Assembly (NCBI GenBank): GCA_013265495.1
Contig: MU059614.1
Coordinates: 1,403,601 to 1,467,600, forward strand
Reading direction: 5' to 3'
Source of the DNA: Vicugna vicugna
Lineage: Eukaryota
DNA: 64,000 bases
Below, piece by piece: positions 10,109 through 22,100 of the stretch. How positions within the stretch are numbered: position 1 is the first letter of the stretch; the number at the start of each line of letters is the position of its first letter. The position numbers and the translations under genes were made by a program. The notes beneath the pieces were generated by a model. That model saw only the letters and a list, made by a program, of their open reading frames with translations, ran no database searches and had not been told where the DNA came from.

Positions 10109-13100
10109 CTGAGGGGAGAGACCACGGCCCGGCACCCATCAGGCAGAGGACTCAAGAACCTCTTACTGAGTCCGTCTAGGGAGAAGCAGTTCCTGAAATG
10201 GCCCTGTCCGTCTGTCCGTCCCTCTCTCCCAGCCTCCGGGCTGGTGTCAGCAGCCGTGCCCTCCCCTCCGTCCTGCTGAGGCAGTGCGCTCGCTCACCTT
10301 GTCCACCAGGTGTGTGCACCAAGAGTTGACCCGGGTCACCAGCTCGTCCTCCCGGTTGTCGATCTTCAGCAGGTGCGTGTCGTGGGATGTCCCGACCGCA
10401 TTAACAGTCGTGTCTTTGTCGACAAAGAGCTGGGAGTGGGAAGGAGCCCGTGAGGACTAGGGCCCTGCCCTGAGCACAGAGGCAGGCCCTGAACCAGTCG
10501 CTGCCTCACGGCCCACCAGCTTGTCTTTGGGACCACACACCCCAGCGTGGCAGAGGCCAGCGGCCACTGGGCAGTCCTTGAGTCTGGGAGCAAGCTTTCC
10601 AGGGAGGAGGCAGATGGCTGCTCTGGGTGTCCTGACCGTGGTTGTCAGGTCCGACCTACCTGAGATCTGCCCGTCGGGTGGGAAGCCTGGGGCTCGGGCT
10701 GCTCTGGGGACAGAAGGCTCCACAAACCGATGGGTCCCTCCACTGCCCCTCATGTGGACCTAGGGGGACCTGGGGCTCCCCATGGGCTCCTGCTTCTTGT
10801 TTGCACCTGGTTCCCTGCTGTGTACAGTGATGTGGGAGGCAACCCCCACCAGGTTCCAGGTGTTCACGCCTGAGTCAGGTGTCACCAAGGACCCGAGGGT
10901 GTTGTAGAGAGGGTGTGGGTGGGTTTGTCTGTCCTCGGGAGTGGTTACCTAATCGTCTCCAAAGTATGGCCTGTGGAATCTTGAGATGTTAGTATCTCTG
11001 CAAAAAGTATTCTTCAGTCAAGTGCATTTGGGGGAAACTGCAAGTGAGGGCTGTTCAGAGCGGTGTCGTCAGCGTGACTTGTTACGACCTGCTCTTCGAT
11101 AAAAGAAGCAGAAACCAGGGGCCCTAGTCCCTCATCTGAACACCTCTGTCCTGCTCTAGGCTGCCATGTTCAAGCTCCACCACTGAGACGCTCGCTGGGT
11201 GTCAGTGGGCTGGTGACTCTCATCTCTGTGCCTCGGTTTCCTCTTCTGTGAAAGGGAACCACAGTGGCACCTGTCTTACTGTGTTGATGTGAACAGTCTT
11301 ATGAGCAAATCAACATAAACACGACAACCTGCACTGTGATGGGGAGACTGTGGGCGTTCCGGAAGGTGATGAGGGAAGGCTCCCCAAGGAGCTGACGTTT
11401 GAGCTGAGCTCTGATGATGAGGAGCTAGGCCTGGGGGAAGGGCGTGTCTGCCCCCAGAACAGCGCTGAGAGGAGCAAACAAGGGTGGTGGGCACCAGTGT
11501 CTGGGACCATGGTGACGAATTACTCCAGAAGCCCTGGGAAGCCACCAGGGCGTGTTGTGCAAAGCTTGGGATGCAGTTTGGGCTTTCAAAGTGTCTGACC
11601 TCGTGGAGGAGGGCAGGAAGGCCGGTGGGCCCGCAAAGGGTGCTGGGAGCTTGACTTGGTGGGACGTGGAGGTGGAGGGAGGTGAGAACGGGGTAGTGCA
11701 TGGTGAAGGAAGGAGAGCAGGCACCCTTCCCAGAGACACAGCACACCTGCTGCTGGCCCCCAGCGTGGGAGACCCCGAGCCCCACGAGCGAGCGAGCGAG
11801 CGAGCGAGCAGACGTGGGCGGAGCTGACCGCGACCACAGCCATTCATCACTAGGGGAGTGGTCAGAGACCCCAGCAGTGCTGCTCGCCAGACTCGGGGGC
11901 TGAGACGGCCTTCAGGGGAAGCCTCAGGCCTTAACCTCTATTTGTAGTGGTCTCTCTTAGGAAGTGCCGGAAGCCCCACAGAAGTGAGCGTTTGGAAGCC
12001 AGCCTGTGGGTAAGTTGAAAGCATTCGGTTATCACAGCTCCCTAGCTGGGCCCCCTAGTGCCCACAGGTGCCTCATTTGTTAGCTTCCTTCACCCGCCGA
12101 CAGCCGTGCATAGGGGGTTACATCCTTCGCAGATGAGGAAACCGAGGCTGGAGGGGGATGCGGCGCCCCGCCCGCCCCGCCACGGCCACGCCCACCAGGG
12201 TACAACCCCGCCCACGCCAGTCGCGCTCACCGGGCGCACGTCTTCCGGCAGGTCCTCGTCCAGCTCGCCCTTGACTATCTTCTCCAAGATGTTGATGGCG
12301 ATCTCCAGGAGCTTCTCGTGGTGGTGGTTCTCTAGGTCCCGGCACTGAGCCATCGTGCAGCGTGAGTTAAGCCGTGACTAGGGTCGAGAAGGCTGGGCTT
12401 CCCTCCCCTGCGCTGGGCGGAGCCCGAGGGCCCCGGGCATCCTCCTCTTCACCGCCACACCTGCCTCACACCCCTCGGGGTCCCTCCTCGCCGCAGCATC
12501 TCCCCACCCTCTGTTGTGACCCAAAGACCCCCTCTTAAAACCACCTCTCCCCATTCTCTGGGCCTGGATGTCCTCCCACGTTCCCAGCTGGTCCCTCTGG
12601 CCCATCCCCAGGTCCTCACCTACTGGACCTTCCTCAGGTAGCTGCCTCCATACCTCTGTGTCCCTGTGGGACTCTGGGCCCAGGAGGGCAGGACTGGGGT
12701 GACTTCTGGGGTGAACTTTAGGGCCCTGACTTCCCCCGTGGCAGAAGGTTGGTCACGCCCCAAATGTCGGCCTCTAACCTGACCATCGACCTCATTTATA
12801 AGTGATTTGTCAGTGTCTTCAGCACCAAGGCCGGCCCTCCCCCAGGGCATGTGCACCTGCAGCACAGGGGCCGGGGGGATTCTGGGGTCTGGTCTTCTGG
12901 TGAGGTCAGGCATTTGGGAACAAACATGCCAGGACTTCTGCTGCGAGCAGTGGCCCACAGAGCCACCCAGTCCACTCTAAGCAGGCGCTGTTGTGCTGAG
13001 GGTCAGGAAGCGATCCTTGAACTTTCCAACTGGTTGTCAAACCTCCATCCTCTAAAGGTGGGCTATTTCCTTGGTGAAAACCTGGAGGTTTCTTCTTCAA

Positions 13101-16100
13101 AAGTGGAGATTCCCGCTGAAGAGGATCCTGCTAATCTCCTCTTGGTACAGATATAGATCTTCCGTAAATCAAACGGGGCACAGGCACTTCTGGTAAACAG
13201 CGAGGTCTGGTGATGAAACGCTGATTTGTTGCTGTCTCTGCCAGCATGTCTGGGGCACTGGCAGGCTCGTCACCCCACTGTGGCCACCAGGAAGGTGCAT
13301 CCTGCTTAGCTGGTGCAGGTGCACTCCCCTCTGGGCCTTTTGTTACACGTGCAGGTGCCTCCCCCAGCCTACTGGCGGCCGGGGACACTGGCCGGGCCAG
13401 GAGAGCCCCCTGGGCCCACAGCACCTCCCCAGGAGGGTCACCGAGGAAAGGATATAGGCTTTGGACATTTTCAATAAAGAGTTCCACCAGATCGACAATG
13501 TTCCTTTCAAACATATTTATAGTCTCCTGGAAACAATGAAGAACACAGCTGTCATGTATATTCAGACACGAACTCCACTGACCTAGCGCCAAAGCAGAAG
13601 CTGCTCCTTACAACTTAGCAGGCACCTCCTCTGACTGCAGACCTTAAGGGTAAAGACACCCCCCGACCATCCCAGGTGCACGCTGTGTCCTGACCGCTCT
13701 CCACAGCCGTTACTCTCCAGCCATTGTGCCTCGCTCACCACCCTGGAGGTTTAGTGCAGTGCCTTCTCCAGGCCTTTGCACGCACTGCTGTCTCTGCAGG
13801 AACACCTGTCTTGGTCGTCCCCACAAAACACGCACACAGAGCTTCCCCTTCCTCTGGGCTTCTCAGTGGCATCTGCCTCCCTCACCTCCAGAGAAACAGG
13901 AGGGAGTTGCTAAGAGCCAGGCTGCCTGCCAGCTCCACCACTGTGTGAACTCTGGGAATGTTGGCTAACTTCCTGGGGCCTTGATGTCTTCATCTATAAA
14001 ATGGGTTTCCTTTGCACAGTTCATGTCTCAGGAGGTTGCAGTGAAGCATAAATGGGGATCTTCACCCAAAATGCTTGGCAAGGTGCCTGGTGGAGAGGAA
14101 ACTCTTGGTAATGCTGGCTGTTCCCCTAGACCGCAGGTGTGGCTGCCGGCAGGGCTCCCGCCTCCCTCCTCAAGGGCACCCCTGCACTGCATCCCAGCGC
14201 TCAGCCGGGCTACCCCACGCCATGGTGGTGGCTGCCACCTGGTGAGCCCGCAGGATGGTCAGGCTCTGACCCACCATAGACTACAGGGCTCAGACCGTCC
14301 ATGAGTCAGGGCCATCTGCAGGCGAGCCAGTCTTACATTTTTCTCAACACTCTTGTAATGAATAAATATAGGATCGCTAAAAATAATGTAGTAGCTTTTT
14401 GGCTGCTAGTAATACAAGTATGGCGGCTGGCTATGCATCCTGGGGAATTTCGATGTTGAAAAGGAGCTCTCCCTGCTCGACCGGGAGCCGCTGCTGCCTG
14501 AGCCTCCCGGTGCCCTGTGGCAGCCTTCTGCAGAGCCGGAGCCTCCCCGGCGGGGCGAGCATCTGGCCTGTGATGTGGCTGACATGTCGCTTGACACAGG
14601 AGCCACTGATGAGGCGCTGCCTCTGGGCCCAGCCGCGCAGCGTGGGGAGGGTCAGGTCATCACCACGCTGCAGACTCAAGCCACCAGCCAGGCTGGCCGC
14701 CCGGGGCTTCAGGCAGCAGTACTTCTTGTCCCCACTGCTTGACGCTCAGTCTCGGGCTCCTGTGCTCAGTGTGGGGAGCCTTGGCTTCATCCCTGACTGG
14801 GGTCCAGAGCTGGGTCCGCTGGTTTTCAAGCACCTGCACAGCACCTTGGGTCTAATTAAAAAAAGCCTCTTCCAGCTGAGGGTCTGGGCTCTTCCCCAAT
14901 GGGGAGAACATTCCAGAGGCATGAGCTCACCTCTCCTGCTGCACAAGGACCACTTGTGATCTCAGTGACTGGAAAGCATTGGAAGCAAACCCCAGACTGA
15001 TGGGCAGGGACGCTTTAGCCCGGCCCGGGAGCCACACGACGTTTCCAGCAGGGGAGCGCCCGGGAAGGCCGCAGCTGGTGCGCGGGTTCCTGTAAATGAG
15101 CCTCCACATCGCACCGGTGCCCGGGGACCCGCTTACCTCCAGCTGCTCCACCAGCTGCATCTCCAGCGTCATGAGCGCGTTGGAGAGCTCAGCGATGTCC
15201 TCTCTCTGCTCTGCTATCTTTGTCTCGATGTTGGTCAGCTCAGACTCGCCACGGATGGCACTTAAATTCTGGGGACAAAAGCTGTGCTTTAGGAATCCAC
15301 AGCTAAGAGTAACTGTAATTACTGTAGTGACAGGTGGCAATGTGGTTTTGTGGGTAAGAACTTGGATGCTGGAGTCGGGCTGCCCAAGTTCCAGTGTCAG
15401 CTCTGCCCACTCCACGCCTGTAGGCCATCGGAGCAGACGCCCTGCTCGCTGGTGCATCAGCACAATGTCTTACTGGGCCTGGAGAGGAGTGATGGCTTCA
15501 GAGTCAGCGGGACCTGAACTGGGGTCTGTCTGAGTCACTGTGTGACCTTGAGTGAGCCTCTTCCATTCTCTAAACTCCTGTTTTCTCAGGTGCAGGGGCA
15601 GAGAGCCTGCCTGGGCTTCACAAAGCCTGGGATTAGGTGGTGTCTGTGAGGTCCGGCCTCACAGTGGGACTGGCAACTCGGGAGGCTCTGATTGGAGGCC
15701 CGGAGCAGACACACGGGGGAGAGGCCCACACAGCACCCCGGGGGGTGAGCAGATGCAGGTCCCTCTGGGATGAGTGGGTGCCCATGGGCTGGAAAGCACG
15801 TGGGTCCGAGCCCGGCCCCCAGGACCAGCCACTCACTAACGAGGGGCCTGGGGACTTGGCCACCAGACACAGTGTCAACAGAGTGACCGAGCATGGCTGG
15901 GTGGTACCGGCGGGAGCCCAAGCTTGGCTCTGCGCTGAGCGCGTGACCTCTGTAAATGGGGACTGTGTCCCTGGGTCTCGGGTCCCCAAGGTGCAGGGGC
16001 CAGGCCGATGGCAGGTGGGTGTCTGTGGCAGGCGGCAGGGGGTGGGGGGGAGCCTACCAGCAAGTGCTTCTCCTCGAACTCGGCAGTCCTGTGTCTGCCC

Positions 16101-19100
16101 TGTGCCTGGTTCTCCTGGACGGCCTCTTGGACACGCTCGTTGAAGGTGTCGAGCTCCGCTTTCCGCTTCTCCTGCTGCTTCAGGCCGTACTCGAAGATGT
16201 TCAGGCAGATGATGACGAACTTGTCCTTGTAGGTGAGTGGCTGTCAAGGAAGCTCGCAGCTGCTGGGGGCGGGAGACCGGTAGGCTGGTGGGGGTGCAGA
16301 CGAGGGTGGAGGTAGCTCCTGGGTTGGGATTTGGAGAATAATGCGGTGGGGCAACCTCAGGCTGAGGGGTTCAGGACCCGGAGCTGCCTTGAGGGAGGAG
16401 GCGACGGAGCAGAGGAGAGACTCGGAGGGACCGGGAGGGGCCGGAAGGGGCCGGAAGCTGGGCAGTGTTTTGTCTCTGGGGCACCTCTGTCCAAGTGAGC
16501 CAGCTGCGGGTGACAGCCAGGCCAGGAGGGCAGCCCCCCTCCCCGGTCTCTCAGGAGCAGTGGTGCTTAGGAGCAGGTTTCTCTCCCCGGCTACTGTGAC
16601 TTGCTGTCCATCCTGAGTCTGTCCTGGTCCCTCAGCCTGCAGTGTAGCTGCACCAGTGGCAGGTGCTGGTGGCGTCCTCTGGGAGAGAGGACCAGGCTCT
16701 CAGCCCACAGCTCCGAACTGTGGGGCCCTGACAAGCCACCCTCTCCAAGCTGAGTGTCCCCAGCTATAAGACAGGATCCGTCTAGCGGCGGGTTGAGGAA
16801 ATTATAAATCCTGGATGCCAAGCGTGCAGCAGGGACTGGTAAATGTGGGGAATGGGGATTACGCCACAGACACCTCAGTCAGTCTCCAGGTCGGCACCCT
16901 GGGCCCCGCCGACCAGACACTCAGCGTGTCCCCCGGCAGCTCAGCCCATCACTGCCCCGAGGGTGGGAAACCGGGGCCCAGAGTGGAAGGGCCTCCCCGG
17001 GGCCTGGAAGGATATGTCTCCATGAGCTCGGCCACGCCGGGCAGGCTCGCCAGCTTGCTGCCCTCCACGTCTTCGGCGTACATGCTGTCGAACAGGAAGG
17101 AGCCGTTCAGGTTCTCCACGAAGGCAGCCTGCAGCAGAGACACGGGGGCTCCCTGGGCGGGGCCCTGTGCTGGGCACCGGGCTGTGGGCGCCTGGCCCTC
17201 AAGGAAGGCTGGGCGGGGAAGGTCCAGAGGCAGAAAACTGAAGGGGGCTGGCCCCGTCCGGCTGGAGGGAGGGCCATGGGGAGGCTGTGACAGACCGCCC
17301 AGGGGTCTTAAGGGAAGGGGGCTACTCTGATAGATTGCTGGGCGCAGTGTCTCTGCCCCGTGTGCTGGAGGAGCCCGGGGGCAGTCGGGCAGAGGGAGGC
17401 GGGGACTGGCTGGCTTCACCAGAGCCAGGTGAGGCTGGGCAGCATATTTGCAATCAAAAGACAGCATTGGCCCCGTGACCCTGGCGGGGCAGGGAAAGGT
17501 GGGGAGCGGGGTCCTCCTGCCAGCGTTCCCCCCAACCTTGTGCTCCTCCAGCTCCTCCCGCCGGGCCTGCTCGTCTTCCAGCCGGGCCTGCATCAGGTTC
17601 TCCTGGTGCTTCAGCTCATCTGTGCTGTACTGGTGCTTCACCTCCGCCAGCTCCTTCTGTTGGGGGAGCAGGAAGGGCATCATTCTCAGGGGACATGGGG
17701 TCCCTCCCAGCCTCGCTGGCCTCGGCCGTGCTGGGCCTTTCCAGCCGCGGGTGGGGGGCGGTGTGCATGGTGCTCAGATTCTGAGTCTAGGGTAACTAGC
17801 GAAGGACTGGGGAGAGGGGAAGCAACACAGGCGGGCGGGGGATCCTGCAGGAATCGCCCGACAGACGCAGGTCGAGCAGGGGCCGCCCTTGCTCTCTCCC
17901 GTGAACGCAGCGCCCTGATCTCTCCCCCTTTGCCTGACACCCGGGGCCTGAAGACTGAGCCACGTAGCTGGGACACCAGAGGGAGACACTTGCTGTGTGG
18001 TCGTCGATGCGCCGGAAGTCCAGGTACACAAGGTCGGGAAGGTAGGCACAAATGAACATCCTGTAATCCTCCGCTGCGGCGATGGGGTTCCCTGCGAGGC
18101 TCAGCGTCCGCAGGTCCTTGAACCGCCGCAGGTAGATGATCTGCAGGAGGAGGGGAGAGACACCGCCCGCCTCCTCCAGCCTCCGCCAGTGCTGGGTGCA
18201 TGGATGGGGGAGGGGGGCTGGGGCCCCGGGCTGGATGGCAGGACCGAGGCCTTCGGTCAGCAGGCCTGGGCTCACACCCTCACTGTGGGCCCCAGGCCAG
18301 CCGCCTCCCAGCCGGGAGCCTCAACTTCCCTACCTGTAGAACGAGGGCGAGGGCACTGTGTGTGCAGGGACCATCACTGAGAAGAGGCCCCCAGCCCCTC
18401 CGCAGACGGCCAGGTTGTGCTCACCACCACCACTCTCACAGGGGAGGCCTCTTCCAGCTGCAAAGTGCTGTGAGGCCCGAAGCTCTTAGTTACATGGAAC
18501 CTGATCTCAGTTAGCCTGGACCAGCTGGTGGGAGGTCCACCAGCCGCTGTTTATTCTCCCTTTGCTCTGTTCTTAGCAAAACGGGGCAGGCCAATAAGAC
18601 TGCTAGAGTTTCATTTGACAGCGTCTCCTGTGCTACGTGAAAGAGGAGAGAAGAAACCTCGTGAGCTGTTCTGGACAATTTCTTTGTCATTTGTTTATTT
18701 GTTCAACAAGCATCGTTAGGCACCTGCCAGGCCTCAGACACGTGCTGGACTTTGGGGAAACGAGAGGAAACAAAGCCTTTAGAGCAAGAGCTTACGTTCT
18801 AAAGGCAGGGAGCCAGACTGTTTGAAAAAGTAAGTAAAATCATTACTGTTCAGCCTAAGTGCTACAGGAACTCAAAGAGGGGGCACGACAGACAATGACG
18901 GGAAGTTTTCGGGTAGGGCTCGGGTCTCTGAGGCCTGAGGGAGCAGCCAAGGAACAGCAGGGGTGAGTGCATTCCCAGAAGCAAAAATAGCACAAGCAAA
19001 GGCCCTGAGGCAGGAAAGAGCCCAGCAAGGCCAGAGAGGCTGCAGCTGGTTGGGGAAGGGTGGGGGAAAACATGACCTAACACCTCAGAGGCTGCTGCCA

Positions 19101-22100
19101 AGAGTTTGAGTCTTGTCCGAAGGACTGGAAGTCACTGGGGTTCTCAGTGTACATCGAGTGGGGGTGTCGGGATCTGATTTAACTTTTAAGAGCTCTCCTG
19201 ATGAGATTCCATTTTTCATCTTTTAGATCATCAAGGAGAGAAAGGTCTGATGACAAAGGGTGTTGTGGATGGTGAGGGGGACAGGCCTTCTGGTAACTGC
19301 TGGTGGGTTTATAAATGGTCCCACTTCTGCCGAGGGCAATTGGCAAGATCTGTCAAAATAACAAGGGCACACGCCCTCAGACCCAGCAGTTCTCCTCTCG
19401 GAACATATCTTACGGATGGGCTTGTCTAGCGCCTGTTAAGGGCACTGTTAAAGCCTGCATGTACTGGCACGAGATTGGAAACCACCTCAGCGTCCAACCA
19501 CGCAGGGGGCTGGCAAAGTCCCCCCCAGAACGTCAGACAGAAGGGGGACCGCCAACTCGGGAGGACCGGGGCCAACCAGAGGCCGGCGCCCAGAGGGCAT
19601 CTGGTCGCACATGACAATCATGCAAAACATTGAAGCCACGAGATGCCTGGAAAGACACACGTGCAATTGAGAAGCAGCTATGGCCTCTGGAAGGGGACGC
19701 AGGGACGAAGGTCAGGAGTGGGGCTCCTCCTTGCATGCCCTCCTTGCATGTTTTTAGTGCAATAAACAGGTATTAAAGCAAGCTTAGGAAATAAATAAGA
19801 AAGTCTGTCATTAGATGTCAGAGACACTGTGCAGATAAGGGCTACCACCAGAGACGCTCAGGCTCGTAGGTTAAGTCAGGGCTCTCTGGGTCAAGTCACC
19901 TGATTAGGTGACGAGGTCCAGGGGTCTCAGAGCACTGAGATCTGATCTCAGGACCCCTGGCAGCTTCTTCCTTCCTCTCTCCACATGTTTCTCCCGTATT
20001 CACGGGGGACCACCTGGCACCCAGCACCCCCCGGAAAGGGGGATAGGGATGGGAGAATGGCCAAGGCCAGGGGAGGGGCACCCACAGCAGGGTTGCCTCA
20101 GACTCTGAGTGAAGTGCCTCGAAGTGCATCACCTCAGTCAATCCCTGGCAGGTGGGTCACAGCCATTATCTTCATTTTACAGATGAGGAAACTGAGGCCA
20201 GCAGGCTCGAGGCTCAGGGTGTGCAGCTTGGGTGTGGCCCCCGAGCCACATGACTGACCCAAGGGGGAAAGGAACTTGAAAGGTGCTGGAAGCCCCCAGA
20301 CTGACCGGCAGCTGGGGGAGCAGGTCCCAGCACGGTCCTGCCCAGGAGCTGTCTGGAAAAGTCACCTCTGACGCAAGACCCTTATAGATGCTGCCACACC
20401 CCCAGCTCGCTGCTGCAGACCTGTTGTGGGGTGTGCAGGGGAAGCCCTCCTTCCCCCAGTGACCAGTGACTTCTGCCCACCCCCAGCACACACACCCCTG
20501 GCACCCGGGGTGGCGTCTTGTCTCCTTGCGTCTTGATTAGGGTGTCTGCTGGGCACCCCGAGGGACCTTCTGTCTCTGTGCCCACTGAGCACAGGCCAGA
20601 GGCCTCAGGCCAATAGATCCTCCCTCAGCAAACGTTTGTGGGGCAGAGAGTGTGGGGCGCAGGGAAGGGGAGACTCCACCGAGGCAGAGGCACACACTGG
20701 GACCCACAGATGGGCTCTCATGGGTTAGAATAGTGTCTAAATGTCATCCAACCTGGATTTCCGGCTGCTCCAGGAAAAAGGGAGGATCTGGAAGCTCAGC
20801 CTCGGCCCGCCGGCCCCGCCCCTCTCGCCTGCCCTCGACCCAGCCCAGTCCGCCGGCCCGCTCCAGGCCACGCCCGCCGTCCCCACGCTCACGTTCATCA
20901 GGTTTCCAATCCGGTTGTTGCCCAGGGACAGAACCTGCAGCTTGACCAGGGCGTCCAGAGAGTCGATCTTGGCGATTCGGTTGTTGAACAGGCTCAGGTC
21001 CTCCAGGTTCACCAGCGTGTCCAGCCCCTCTATGGTCTCAATATTGTTGAAGGACAGGTCTGCGGAAGAGGGCCGTGGGGTCTGGGCCTGGGTTGGGGGT
21101 GACCGTCCCCCCGCAGCTCCGTGCCCTCGCCAGCTTGGCCGCTCAGCTTCCGGGCCGGGACTTGGGTCTACGCTGCCCTGTTCTGGGGTGGAAACTCACT
21201 GGCAGGTCAGAGCAGTGCATCTTGGGGTGGGGGTGACAGTTCCCTCCCAGCTGTGCCACTGCTGGCTCGCCCCCCCAAAACCCCAGCCCCAACCCCAGCT
21301 GAGACGTCAGACCTTCTCTAGCTCGAGTCACATCTTTGGGAATAAAACAGCTCTCTCCCCACTGCAGGTCTGGGGGCTTGGTTGGGGTTGGGGCTGCCAC
21401 CCTGTCCTGAACACCTGTGGCCCAGAGGCCCAGACTGGGGACTTTTCATGAGTGTTCAGATAAGCTGTCACATTTAAAGGTGATTCAGGAAGTCAGTTTA
21501 TTCACATCTAAATTTAGCCTCCTTGTCACATCAGGGGATGCTCACCTGCCAACAGTGGGGACTGACAATTTATTGTCCTTTCCCCATGCCAGGCCCTCCC
21601 AGTGCATTTCCTCATTCAGTCCTCACAGCACAGGTGTCACCACCTGCACCTTATGGACAAGGAAACGAGGATTCAAAGAGGCCTAGGGGTGTGCCCAAGA
21701 TCCACAGCATATAAAGAAAATGAGGTTCAGAGGCTGAAGTAACTTGTACAAAACAGGCTGGGACCCGCACTGGAGTCTGCCAACACCACGCCTGCCCCTT
21801 CCTTTCCCTCCGCGCAGCCTGGCTGCAATCTTTGCAGGTGTGCTGGGAAAGGCCCCGATCTGTAGCGCTTGCTAAATCCTTTGTTGTAAATACTCCCACT
21901 GTGGCCAATTTCAAGCTCCCAACAGGACATCCCTGAATGTAAAGTTGGGACGAGATGTGAGCATTCAGCTTTTGGGGGTCTATATTAGCTGGCTGCGGCT
22001 CACCCTTAGCCCTGGGATGGCTGGCTGCAGGGGGCCACCAGCAGGGCCTGTGTGTGCAGGGGTGCTGTGCTGAGCCATCCAGCACCCTCTCCCTACCCCG

